Below, in pieces: positions 19,291 to 28,805 of a stretch of DNA of 64,000 nt. The number at the start of each line of letters is the position of its first letter. Positions within the stretch are counted from its first letter, which is position 1. The notes beneath the pieces were generated by a model. It was not told where the DNA came from. It searched no databases and was given only the letters and a program-made list of their open reading frames with translations. Position numbers and translations under genes: made by a program. The stretch covers positions 4,200 through 68,199 of the forward strand of contig HF991345.1 in NCBI GenBank assembly GCA_000431515.1, in the 5' to 3' direction. The DNA comes from Clostridium sp. CAG:632 (GTDB lineage: Bacteria; Bacillota; Clostridia; Lachnospirales; Lachnospiraceae).

Positions 19291-20097
19291 GTGATGAAAA
19301 TGAAAGATTCCGTAGTGAAATTTTTAAGGGAAAACGGCTTTTATTTATCCTTTGGTGTCGGGGTTATCGCACTGGTCGCTGCATTAGCGGTTTACAATGT
19401 AAATACCAGTCGGAAATCACAGCAGAATCAGGAAATAAACTTAAATGAGCCGTTGGAACAGGACTTTGCAGATGCAAAGGATACGTCAGAGGATATTCAG
19501 GTACAGGAGACTCTTCAGGACGGAGATCTGGATGTACCGATGGATATGTGGAAAACAGAGGAGGCTGTGGAGCCTGAAAAATCCGTTGCTGCGGAAGAGG
19601 TAAACACAGAGGATACAGAAGCTGCAGCAGTTATATCCAATCAAGCGGTTGGATATGCGCCAATCGACGGACTGGAATTTCACGGCATAGAAGCAGTTAC
19701 CATGCCGGTTCTCGGAAATACGATTCTTCCATACAGCATGGATACAACCGTATATTTTAAGACTCTTGGAACATATCGATGCAATCCGGGAATGCTTCTT
19801 CAGGCACCTGTCGGCACGGATGTAGCATCTATCTGGCATGGACAGGTGGTAAAGGTTGAGGACAGCAGAGAATATGGAACGGTGGTAAGTGTGAATCTTG
19901 GAAGTGGCTATATTGCAGAATACGGACAGTTGCAGGATGTCCGGGTTGCAGTCGGAGATGAGGTTTTTCAGGACACGATTCTGGGAACCGTAGCAGAGCC
20001 GACAGCCTACTATCAGATGGAAGGTTCTCATTTATACTTTGCGATGACAAAGGATGATCAGCCGATCAATCCGATGGAAGTATTGCAGGTTGAGTAA
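19291..20097 (+). CDS. Membrane-anchored LytM/M23-domain protein with a degenerate active site (SpoIIQ-like architecture)
   Basis: N-terminal TM. The C-terminal M23 fold has SHLYF where the canonical HLH catalytic motif should be. Confidence 0.5.
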   Translation: MMKMKDSVVKFLRENGFYLSFGVGVIALVAALAVYNVNTSRKSQQNQEINLNEPLEQDFADAKDTSEDIQVQETLQDGDLDVPMDMWKTEEAVEPEKSVAAEEVNTEDTEAAAVISNQAVGYAPIDGLEFHGIEAVTMPVLGNTILPYSMDTTVYFKTLGTYRCNPGMLLQAPVGTDVASIWHGQVVKVEDSREYGTVVSVNLGSGYIAEYGQLQDVRVAVGDEVFQDTILGTVAEPTAYYQMEGSHLYFAMTKDDQPINPMEVLQVE

Positions 20098-20133
20098 AGC
20101 GAATGAAAGCCCGGAAATACAGTATCGCCGGTG

Positions 20134-20823
20134 TTAAATAGCTAAGCAGGTCGTAATCTGGTTCAGATCCTGAATCATATAATCAATGGGCATGGTATCC
20201 GGGAGCGGCTGGTGATCCGGATTATACCAACAGGTACGGATACCGGCCCGGATGCCACCGGCCATATCACTGGTAAGAGAATCCCCGATAATCAGCATGT
20301 GGCTCTTATTTTCAGTTCCGAGGCTGGCAAAAACAGCATCAAAAAACTGTGGAGACGGTTTCTCCGCACCAATCTCACCGGAGATGAAAACTCCATCCAG
20401 AAACGGAAGAAACCGGGCGGTCTGAAGCTTATGGTACTGGGTATCTGCCGGGCCGTTCGTAACGATATACTGGCGGTATCGGGAATGCAGCTGCTCCAGT
20501 AATTCATAGGAATGATCCTGATAAAATACGGTATCCCCCAGGCTGTACTGGTATTGGCGGTTGAAATCCGGAGCAATAGAGGTATCGACACCGATGGAAG
20601 AGAAGAACTCGACAAAACGATTGATCACAAGCTGCTCCTTTGTGATCTCGCCACGTTCCAGTCGCTTCCAGTAGCTGTCATTCAGGGCAGAATAGTCCCG
20701 GATCATCTGCTCGGTACAGGTTCCTAACTGAAACTGCGCAAAGCAGTGAAGCAGAGAACTCCGTTCTGCGGCCTTGAAATTCAAAAGGGTGCCATCCAGA
20801 TCCCATAATAAAATATCAGTCAT
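20134..20823 (-). CDS. HAD-IA hydrolase (YjjG-type nucleotidase-like)
   Basis: LLWDLDGTLLN motif I, then the later GD motif. Confidence 0.7.
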   Translation of the reverse strand: MTDILLWDLDGTLLNFKAAERSSLLHCFAQFQLGTCTEQMIRDYSALNDSYWKRLERGEITKEQLVINRFVEFFSSIGVDTSIAPDFNRQYQYSLGDTVFYQDHSYELLEQLHSRYRQYIVTNGPADTQYHKLQTARFLPFLDGVFISGEIGAEKPSPQFFDAVFASLGTENKSHMLIIGDSLTSDMAGGIRAGIRTCWYNPDHQPLPDTMPIDYMIQDLNQITTCLAI

Positions 20824-20998
20824 AATAAGCTCCTTTATCTGTGGATAGTGTGATCAGTATAAGCAAGATTCTATTCAGAATCCCAGATTACTTAATTAAA
20901 AACAGTATACCATAAGTGTACATATCTGTGACATATAAATTTTTACCTTTTTCTATTGTATTTTCGATACACCTGTGCTACCATATGAAATATGCAAT

Positions 20999-21069
20999 GC
21001 AGATATAGTTCATCGGTAGAACGCTAGCTTCCCAAGCTGGAGAGGCGGGTTCGATTCCCGTTATCTGCT
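20999..21069 (+). tRNA. tRNA-Gly (anticodon CCC), no encoded CCA
   Basis: Folds by hand. Acceptor stem GCAGATA/TATCTGC, D-stem GTTC/GAAC, anticodon stem CTAGC/GCTGG with loop TTCCCAA, T-stem GCGGG/CCCGT with loop TTCGATT, and discriminator U. Confidence 0.7.
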
Positions 21070-21136
21070 GTTAGGGACGTATCTTAAGGGTGCGTCTTAT
21101 TTTTTTGCATTTTAATTCTCAAAGGAGACGGGAAGT

Positions 21137-22060
21137 ATGTGGATTTTATATGCATTCGGTTCTGCACTCTTTGCCGGGATCACGTCCATACTGGCGAAGT
21201 GCGGAATGAAGGACGTAGATTCTAATGTAGCAACCGCATTGCGAACAATCGTTGTACTGATATTTTCGTGGATCCTGGTTTTTGTAAAGGGAGTTCCGGT
21301 CACATGGAGTACCATAGATGGGAAGACGTTGCTGTTTCTGATTCTGTCCGGACTGGCGACCGGGGCATCCTGGCTGTGCTATTTCCATGCATTGCAGATT
21401 GGGGATGTCAATAAGATCACACCGATCGATAAATCGAGTACGGTGCTTACCATGCTGCTGGCAATGATATTTCTGCAGGAATCGGTGACTGTATTGAAGG
21501 TGGTATGTATGATTCTGATCGGAGTCGGAACTTATCTGATGATTCAGAAGAAGGAGGCACCAAAGGGGGAAGAAGTATCAGAGAGAAATGAGAATCCTCA
21601 AAAGACAGAGCTATTGTCCGACAGCCGGAAACCGTTTGCCGGCAGTTGGTTATTCTTTGCCTGCGGTTCGGCTGTGTTTGCCAGTCTGACCTCCATTCTC
21701 GGCAAGGTAGGTATTCAGAATATTGACTCCACACTGGGAACCGCGATTCGTACGATCGTTGTACTGATCATGGCATGGATTGTGGTATTTGTAACGAAGA
21801 CACAGGGAACAATCAGTACGTTAAATCGTTCCAATTGGTTATTCTTAGGGTTGTCCGGACTGGCGACCGGCGGTTCCTGGCTGTGCTATTATCGGGCATT
21901 GCAGACAGGACCTGCCAGTGTAGTCGTACCGATTGATAAACTGAGTATATTGATTACAATTGCATTCTCATATCTTGTATTCCGCGAAAAGCTGAATCTG
22001 AAATCAGGCATTGGACTGGGGGCTATCGTAGCCGGAACCCTGTTGCTTCTGCTGGCCTGA
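21137..22060 (+). CDS. EamA/DMT-family transporter (two tandem EamA repeats)
   Basis: Two homologous 5-TM halves (ILAKCGMKDVDSNVATALRTIVVLIFSWILVFV and ILGKVGIQNIDSTLGTAIRTIVVLIMAWIVVFV). Confidence 0.75.
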   Translation: MWILYAFGSALFAGITSILAKCGMKDVDSNVATALRTIVVLIFSWILVFVKGVPVTWSTIDGKTLLFLILSGLATGASWLCYFHALQIGDVNKITPIDKSSTVLTMLLAMIFLQESVTVLKVVCMILIGVGTYLMIQKKEAPKGEEVSERNENPQKTELLSDSRKPFAGSWLFFACGSAVFASLTSILGKVGIQNIDSTLGTAIRTIVVLIMAWIVVFVTKTQGTISTLNRSNWLFLGLSGLATGGSWLCYYRALQTGPASVVVPIDKLSILITIAFSYLVFREKLNLKSGIGLGAIVAGTLLLLLA

Positions 22061-24520
22061 GGTATAGATGATCATACCAATACCGAGCAGGATACCCACC
22101 AGAGATACGAGACCGCCCTTTTTGGCGCAAGGATATACGATCCGGATCGTGACATCCTCATCACCGATATATAGCAGATTGTTCTCTTCATAGATGGTCT
22201 GCTCTGTGAGGAAATTATCCTGATAAGCCAGTGTGGTATTCACATCCGCCTGCTCACTATGGATGGTGATGGTATTATCAGTAATGGTTAAGGTAAGCGG
22301 TATCAGCTCCCGGTTCGGGATCTGGTTATAATTGATTCCAAATGCATCATTTAGTACCGGCCACAGATCGGAGTTGTCGGCATTAATCGCGAAATAAGCA
22401 AGGTTCAGACCCAGATAATAGATATTTGGGTCTGAATCATTATATCCGAGAAATGGAATCGTCTGTCCCGCACTGTTTACATAGCCGAGTACCTGATCCA
22501 GGCCGCTTACATAGCCGGTCTGCCAGCTGGTATCACCATTCGGGATCGAGCCGGTAACGACGGTCTGATCATTATAGTTTAAGTTCGGCAGGTTTCCCTG
22601 AAAGGTGATCTGGCTCTGGGCCCTACCGAGGAATTCTTTCTGCATGACACCGTTTTCCGGTAAATGTGCACTGTCGATAACGACACGGGTACCGGAAGCA
22701 GCTACTTCTTTTAAGAGATTTTCTGCAGCTGTCTGGTTATGATATTCAAATCCACTTAAGAACAGAGTCTGATATTTGCATAATTCTTCAGTTGTGTAAT
22801 CATCAATATAGGCGGAATCTCCAATCGTAAATGCCGGATAATAGATGGACAATGTCTGGGCATAGGCTCCGATTGTCAGACCGAGATAATCGGTGCGAAC
22901 TCCGAACTGTTCCGGGGTATTCTTCCGGAAAAAATATGCCGTATCGGTAGTATCGATCAGCTGATAACCACAGAGCTCCGCATCGGACAGGAGACCGGAC
23001 TCATCCTTGACATAGGATTTTTTAACCAGGACGGTGTCATCTCCCATTTCGATACTGCGGTCAAATACATAGAGGTACTGCTCATGCTCCTGTGCTTCAT
23101 TCATGAGCATGATATTATCGGCAGTAGCCGCGCCCTGCCAGGCCCAGCCATACGTATAATCAATAGCATCATCGCCGGTGGACAGTCCCCAGGACGGATA
23201 AGAGCCATAGCTGCTCTGATCCATGAGGTTCGCACGCTGGATTGTGTAGTCCTTGAGCAACTGGGAGTCGGAGCGTGCCGCTGCTGAAGTTGGTGTATAG
23301 TATCGTGGCAGACAGGTGAGTGTAATACCGCTATCCAGAGTCAGCAGAGCAACAAGCAGGAGTGCATATTTCCGCTTAAGGGTTCTCCATTCCAGAAGGG
23401 AAAGGAAGAAGAATGCATAGGATAATGCGGTGATACGTGCCAGCCATAGGAAATCACCCAGTGGAAGGTGTGAAGTGATCGTAGTAGCAGCAGGTGTCGT
23501 ACCGAGCAGGGTAACGATGGCAAGGACAAAGCCTGCCTTCCTGCGCTTGTCTGCCAGAAGGATGCCGAATACGGCAACCAGAATGACAGAGATGCCATAG
23601 TAGTACGTATCAGCGACACCGGTCACACGGTTCATCGGATTTAAGGATGTGCTGAGAGGAAAGGTCAGCAGGTCTCTGGCACCGGAGCTGGAGTCCCCCA
23701 TAGACATCATTCCGCCGGAGATTGCCGGAATAAACCAGATACCGGAGGTCAGAATGCCGATCACCATAGCGGTCAAAGCCTCTGCATCCCGCCGGAATTC
23801 ACGGTTATGGATGTAGTCGAATAACAGAAACAGGAAGCTTCCGATTCCGACCAGAGCAGTTAACATCAGGTGGGAAACTGTCATTAAGGCCATGGAAAGC
23901 ATCAGCCCGATGAGGGCAAAGCGTTTCTTCCGGCGGACATAGGACCACAGAAAGAAGATGACATACGGAATGACCAGAGAGGTGATGATTCGTGGCATAT
24001 TTCCCTCACAGAAGAACACACGGATATTATCCGGAAGGAAGAACCACAGAATACTGCAGGCGGCCGCCAGGATCGGACGGTTGGTCAGCCGGCCGGTCAT
24101 CAGAAACGGAAGTCCGCCGAAGAAGATCATCACACCGGCAAACAGATAATAGGCATGCAGGATATCACCACCGGTAATCCACTGCAGAAGACTCATACAG
24201 TAGTAGGCGGAAGGAGCCCAGTAGCGGTAGAGCTGGATGCCGTTATACCATTTCTCGGAGTACAGGGGATACCAGTTCCCCTCCTGAATACTCTCATACA
24301 GGACCTTGGCCTTATACAGGTGGCTCCAGACATCATTGCCGGACGGTTCCCAGTGATTGCACCAGAGAAATGCGGTGAAGATACCGGCACACGCAAGCAG
24401 AATAAGGATACCAAGCACAAAAAGCCGGTTGCTCTTTCGGGTTGCGATATATGGATTTATCTGTGATGAAATCACAGGTTGATTGGTAGTCGGATTTGTT
24501 TCCATATGCTTATTCCTCAT
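22004..24520 (-). CDS. Large polytopic membrane protein with an extracytoplasmic domain and terminal TM (YfhO/GT-C-like); last gene of the exosortase-like operon
   Basis: About 12 N-terminal TMs, a roughly 400-aa hydrophilic domain, then a final TM (GGLVSLVGILLGIGMIIY). This matches the YfhO-type glycosyltransferase topology. The family assignment is tentative. Confidence 0.45.
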   Translation of the reverse strand: MRNKHMETNPTTNQPVISSQINPYIATRKSNRLFVLGILILLACAGIFTAFLWCNHWEPSGNDVWSHLYKAKVLYESIQEGNWYPLYSEKWYNGIQLYRYWAPSAYYCMSLLQWITGGDILHAYYLFAGVMIFFGGLPFLMTGRLTNRPILAAACSILWFFLPDNIRVFFCEGNMPRIITSLVIPYVIFFLWSYVRRKKRFALIGLMLSMALMTVSHLMLTALVGIGSFLFLLFDYIHNREFRRDAEALTAMVIGILTSGIWFIPAISGGMMSMGDSSSGARDLLTFPLSTSLNPMNRVTGVADTYYYGISVILVAVFGILLADKRRKAGFVLAIVTLLGTTPAATTITSHLPLGDFLWLARITALSYAFFFLSLLEWRTLKRKYALLLVALLTLDSGITLTCLPRYYTPTSAAARSDSQLLKDYTIQRANLMDQSSYGSYPSWGLSTGDDAIDYTYGWAWQGAATADNIMLMNEAQEHEQYLYVFDRSIEMGDDTVLVKKSYVKDESGLLSDAELCGYQLIDTTDTAYFFRKNTPEQFGVRTDYLGLTIGAYAQTLSIYYPAFTIGDSAYIDDYTTEELCKYQTLFLSGFEYHNQTAAENLLKEVAASGTRVVIDSAHLPENGVMQKEFLGRAQSQITFQGNLPNLNYNDQTVVTGSIPNGDTSWQTGYVSGLDQVLGYVNSAGQTIPFLGYNDSDPNIYYLGLNLAYFAINADNSDLWPVLNDAFGINYNQIPNRELIPLTLTITDNTITIHSEQADVNTTLAYQDNFLTEQTIYEENNLLYIGDEDVTIRIVYPCAKKGGLVSLVGILLGIGMIIYTSGQQKQQGSGYDSPQSNA

Positions 24521-25604
24521 CTATCATACTGATTACATAGGAGCGGGACGGTGTCTCACTCATTTCAATCATCAGGAAGAGCCAGCCGGCCTCTTCCAGG
24601 ATCCGGCTGATCTGTTCCTTGAAATAATCACAGCAGTTCTCTAGGGTCGGATTTATGACATCAAACGGTGGAATGCTGTTTAATTCCTGATCCTGATATT
24701 GCTGCATAAAGGCTTCGATTTTCTTTTCCAGATCACCGAACTGTACAAAATCATGCTGCATCTTGATAACATGCAGCGTAATCTCCCAGGTATGCGGATG
24801 CATGGCTCCCAGAACACCGTCAATATAGATAGCATGACGTGCATTCAGATAGAACTTGAACTTATACTGTTTATATAGATTACTCTTGCCGCGATGATGA
24901 ATAACAATCGGTGTACTGCCGGAGCCGTTTGCGGAAGAATCAGCGGATGACGCATGTTCCAGGGCTTCAAACTCCTTATTGCGCTTTAGCAGCTCGGCAC
25001 GGATAGTGGCCTGTTTTCGGTCACTTCCGGTCCAGGCACCGGTAAGAGCAGTGATGGCACCGATAAAGATTAAGGTAAGTGTGGCAAATAGAATGCTCAG
25101 ATAGACTTCATGGGTGTGAATCTGCTCCAGATACTGGGCTTCATCCGTGATGATGCCTGCGGTATAGGAATCATTCCCCACATAGAAATTATCGACAGTG
25201 ACAATAGCATTCTGTTCCTTCAGATGTTTCAGAAAAGCATCCCGCTCCTTTAACTCCTGCAGCGTCTCAGTCGTAGACGGGTTCTTTGCGAAGATAACGG
25301 TATGATTCTTGATCAGGAAGGCCCAGCTGCTTCCGGAGGCGGGTACAGAGCCTGCCATGTAGTCCTGAAGGTCTTTCTCCGATGCCCCCAGCTCGCACAT
25401 GGAGTTTAAGGCATCTGCCAGCTGATTGGAGTATTGCTGCTGTGTATTGCTGCCGGTTGTGATATAATCCCGTGAAATACTATTGATGATCAGGATATAT
25501 AATCCGAAAAAGATGCTGACGCAGACAGCACACAGGATCAGGATAACAGTCAATCGTTTTCCCGGCTGCCGGAACCATTTTAAATCGGCCTTATTCTTCT
25601 TCAT
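24510..25604 (-). CDS. Two-TM membrane protein with a C-terminal cytoplasmic PTPS/QueD-like T-fold domain
   Basis: TMs at about aa 15-40 and 170-195. The C-terminal 130 aa (FYLNARHAI...GAMHPHTWEITLHV) are paralogous to the 131-aa ORF at 28806-29201. Confidence 0.5.
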   Translation of the reverse strand: MKKNKADLKWFRQPGKRLTVILILCAVCVSIFFGLYILIINSISRDYITTGSNTQQQYSNQLADALNSMCELGASEKDLQDYMAGSVPASGSSWAFLIKNHTVIFAKNPSTTETLQELKERDAFLKHLKEQNAIVTVDNFYVGNDSYTAGIITDEAQYLEQIHTHEVYLSILFATLTLIFIGAITALTGAWTGSDRKQATIRAELLKRNKEFEALEHASSADSSANGSGSTPIVIHHRGKSNLYKQYKFKFYLNARHAIYIDGVLGAMHPHTWEITLHVIKMQHDFVQFGDLEKKIEAFMQQYQDQELNSIPPFDVINPTLENCCDYFKEQISRILEEAGWLFLMIEMSETPSRSYVISMIDEE

Positions 25605-26982
25605 TGGAGTTCACCTCTGCTTTCCATTTTTGGATTACGGCTGCTGCATTCTGAAAATCTCTCCGGATGATTGCAGCACATGCCTGACGTTCTTCTTTAA
25701 AATTACGCATCCGCCAGCTCTGTGTCCCCTTAATGGCATTGATGATACCGGCGAATCGGAACCAGAATACCATAAAGTTATATAATGGCAGAAGTACTGT
25801 CAGATACCATTTCCGCGCATAATAGCGCCGTAGTTTTTTCTCCTTCGACAGAAAGAGAATGATACAGATATACAGTAAAAAAGTAGCAAATACGTATAGA
25901 ATGTACATTAATATCACGGATTCAATGATCAGCTTGACCGGATAATTGATAAATGCCAGACAGATTAAGGCGAAATACCAGATCATCCGTGGGAAGGCGA
26001 AGGTATGATCATACATCAGAAGCCGTATTACAAAGTCTGAGACAAAGCCTCTGCCGAACCGCAGCCGGTTCTGACGGAACATATGCATAACCTCGATCTC
26101 ACCACGCTGCCAGCGCTGGCGCTGGATATATAGCTGATTCAGATCCTCGATCGGATCAACGAAGAAATAAGCATCATCGCAGAGTGCGACCCGTTCCCTT
26201 AGCATATCCCGGATCTGGAAGGTGACATGCGTATCTTCACAGATCGTATCGGTATTATATAACTGTGTTTTCAGAATCGCAGATTTCCGGAAGGCCGAGA
26301 AAGCACCGGACAGAGTGAAAATGCTGTTAAATTCTGACTGGAAATTCCGGCCGGCCAGAAATGCCTGGCAGTACTCAAAAAATTCCAGCTTCCGGAGTAA
26401 ACGCTTTGGAAACGGCTTGCTCCGGTCGATCAGTTCAGGATTTGTCATGATCGTGCCGGTCAGACAGTCGATATCGGTCTCCTGTTCAAACTGGCGCACC
26501 ATGTTGTAAAGGGCATCCGGATGGAGCATGCCGTCGCTGTCAATATGGATAATGTATTTTCCATAGCTGTTAAATAAGGCCAGATTCAGAGCCTTTGATT
26601 TACCCTGTTGGGAGTTCAGCCAGTTGATAGTCAGATCCGGAAAATCCTTCTGACACCGGCAGAAAACCTCAAAGCTGTTATCCGTGCTCTGATTATTAAC
26701 CAGCATGATATAGATCAGCTTGCTGTCATACGTAGAATCATTGACAGATTTAATACAGGAATAAAGAGTCTTGGCAGAATTATAAACCGGAATGATCAGG
26801 GTGATCTCCGGACAATATTCCAGCTTCAACTCTTTTTTATGAAAAATCCTGCGTTTCAGCAGGATAAAGAAATCTACAATTGTGGGTATGATCTCCATAA
26901 TGATCGGGATAATGACCCAAGCCATCCAAAACAGGATGGAGCTATGCAGAAAATCATTGATGATCGTCATATCGGAAAGCAC
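25591..26982 (-). CDS. Processive family-2 glycosyltransferase (PgaC/IcaA/NodC/cellulose-synthase-like)
   Basis: LIIPVYNS then DSD (DxD) then QRQRW (the QxxRW processivity motif). N-terminal TM plus a C-terminal cluster of TMs. Confidence 0.75.
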   Translation of the reverse strand: MLSDMTIINDFLHSSILFWMAWVIIPIIMEIIPTIVDFFILLKRRIFHKKELKLEYCPEITLIIPVYNSAKTLYSCIKSVNDSTYDSKLIYIMLVNNQSTDNSFEVFCRCQKDFPDLTINWLNSQQGKSKALNLALFNSYGKYIIHIDSDGMLHPDALYNMVRQFEQETDIDCLTGTIMTNPELIDRSKPFPKRLLRKLEFFEYCQAFLAGRNFQSEFNSIFTLSGAFSAFRKSAILKTQLYNTDTICEDTHVTFQIRDMLRERVALCDDAYFFVDPIEDLNQLYIQRQRWQRGEIEVMHMFRQNRLRFGRGFVSDFVIRLLMYDHTFAFPRMIWYFALICLAFINYPVKLIIESVILMYILYVFATFLLYICIILFLSKEKKLRRYYARKWYLTVLLPLYNFMVFWFRFAGIINAIKGTQSWRMRNFKEERQACAAIIRRDFQNAAAVIQKWKAEVNSNEEE

Positions 26983-27550
26983 CTACCTTCTGTCTGACTA
27001 CCTGTGCCCGCGTGAATACATAGAAATACAGGGCAATGGTACAGGCATAAAATACTAATCTCCCAACAAATGAGTGGGCGAGGAAATACATATCCTGTCC
27101 ACCCCAGTAAATCATCTGGCAGATAATAAAAATCCGTAATACATTTGCCAGAAAAATTCCAAAAACACCTACAATGCTTACCGCGATTTTTTCGTAAAAC
27201 TGGTAGGCAGGAAAAAACCAGAGCAAAGAAAGAAATGCAAAGGTTTCGATGATTCCGGAACATTCAAAATCAATATACAGGGAAATACTGGTTGTACCAT
27301 GGGCAATAAACAGCAGTCCCTTTTCAAAATAAGAAGAATACGTTCCGGTCAACTCACCGAGCAGACCGGACACGGCAGCAATTGCATTCTGCATAGGCAT
27401 AAGCAGAACCGGCTGCAGTGTTATGATGGCAATGATGAACAGTCCTACACTCCCTACGGTAAAATACCAGAAGTCCAGCTTGGCCCGCTTTAGAACCGAA
27501 AGCGCATAGATCCATACAATGGCGGTCAGGACAACAATCCAGTTAATCAT
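26954..27550 (-). CDS. Small exosortase-family polytopic membrane protein (XrtG-like)
   Basis: 198 aa, about 6 TMs. Conserved DFECSG (candidate active-site Cys) and NVLRIF (candidate Arg). Sits between a substrate-like protein and a GT2, as in exosortase systems. Confidence 0.45.
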   Translation of the reverse strand: MINWIVVLTAIVWIYALSVLKRAKLDFWYFTVGSVGLFIIAIITLQPVLLMPMQNAIAAVSGLLGELTGTYSSYFEKGLLFIAHGTTSISLYIDFECSGIIETFAFLSLLWFFPAYQFYEKIAVSIVGVFGIFLANVLRIFIICQMIYWGGQDMYFLAHSFVGRLVFYACTIALYFYVFTRAQVVRQKVGAFRYDDHQ

Positions 27551-28794
27551 ACGCGTGTTTCCTTTTTATGCTTGTAGGTATAGAAGCCGGCGATGCATAA
27601 AACAACCGCAGCCGCAACACCAATCCATGGTGCGGTGGAAGTGCCTGCCCAGGAAACCTCCTGACTGCCGATATTCGGATTTTTAATCGTAATGGAACTG
27701 ATCTGATCGGTGTTCAGACCGGTAATCCGCTGGAAGTCTTTCAGGCTGAATGCAAACTCCAGTTCATCACCCTTGGTATCCGGCTGATGAGTAGAATCAT
27801 AAATGGTCATGGCAGCTTCGCTGTCGCAATACTGTGTATAGTTAATAACAACACCCAGATTCTTATAGATTCCGTTCGGCAGGGAACGCATCTCGTTATT
27901 GTAGAAATCCCAGTCAACGGAATGATCTTCTTTTACCGGATAAACACCGAGAGCAAAGGACTGTCCGTTTATGGTCAGTGTCATCTGCTGGATCTGCATC
28001 TGTGTGGTATACAGGTCGTTCATAGCGAAATGTACATATACTTTTTCTCCGTCGGTATAGATCTGACCGACATGGATACTTTTTGTGTTATTGGAAGTAT
28101 ACGTAATCTCGGTGATTGGATATGACTTCCAATCATCGTAATAGCCATCAATGACAAGACCGGAATCTATCTGTGTCGGATCACCGGTGGAAGCCTCTGT
28201 GGAGGAATTTGTGGAGGAATCTGTGGAAGCCTCTGTGGAGGAATCCGTAGAAGCGGTCGTGGATTCTGTTGTCGTCGCTTCGGTGGTGTCGGAGGAACTG
28301 TCGGAAGAAGGAGTTACCGTTAAGGCCTGCCCCTGCCATGTGATACCAAGGGTATCGATCGAAGTTCCGTACGTAGAGAGCGGAACCTGAATCTTCCAGG
28401 AGGCTGTTGTATAGGTGCCGTTTGATGCACCGCTGTTCTGAACGGTACCGGAAGCTCCGGGAATCGGACTCCGCCAGGAATCACGTACCTGCAGAGACTG
28501 ACTCTCATCGGTATTTCCTGTGTTTAAGATAATATCTCCGTACTGACCGCCGACAGCAGCTCCGTTAACGGAGATACCGATACGTTCCTGAATATTATAG
28601 TCCCATGGCCCCTCATAAGTTAGATACAGATATGTATCATCTGCAGAGGCAGTCAGAGTACCTTTTTCGGTCTGAATGGTATTATCTGCACCATATGCAA
28701 GGGTGCCAAGGCTCATGCTGACTACAAAAATAAAACTGAGCAGGTATGTGAAAATAGATAATTTCTTATGATTCGTCTGTTTCATAGTAAACAC
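27547..28794 (-). CDS. Secreted Ser/Thr-rich protein with a C-terminal TM helix and basic tail (candidate exosortase sorting signal)
   Basis: Signal peptide. A 45-aa Ser/Thr/Asp/Glu linker. C-terminus ...STAPWIGVAAAVVLCIAGFYTYKHKKETRV. Confidence 0.5.
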   Translation of the reverse strand: MFTMKQTNHKKLSIFTYLLSFIFVVSMSLGTLAYGADNTIQTEKGTLTASADDTYLYLTYEGPWDYNIQERIGISVNGAAVGGQYGDIILNTGNTDESQSLQVRDSWRSPIPGASGTVQNSGASNGTYTTASWKIQVPLSTYGTSIDTLGITWQGQALTVTPSSDSSSDTTEATTTESTTASTDSSTEASTDSSTNSSTEASTGDPTQIDSGLVIDGYYDDWKSYPITEITYTSNNTKSIHVGQIYTDGEKVYVHFAMNDLYTTQMQIQQMTLTINGQSFALGVYPVKEDHSVDWDFYNNEMRSLPNGIYKNLGVVINYTQYCDSEAAMTIYDSTHQPDTKGDELEFAFSLKDFQRITGLNTDQISSITIKNPNIGSQEVSWAGTSTAPWIGVAAAVVLCIAGFYTYKHKKETRV

Positions 28795-28805
28795 TCCTTC
28801 CTGAG

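Noticed and set aside
22004-22060. 57-bp convergent overlap between the EamA transporter and the YfhO-like gene
   Set aside because: Both C-termini look plausible, a final TM helix on one and a cytoplasmic tail on the other. I treat it as a genuine 3'-end overlap and not a mis-call.
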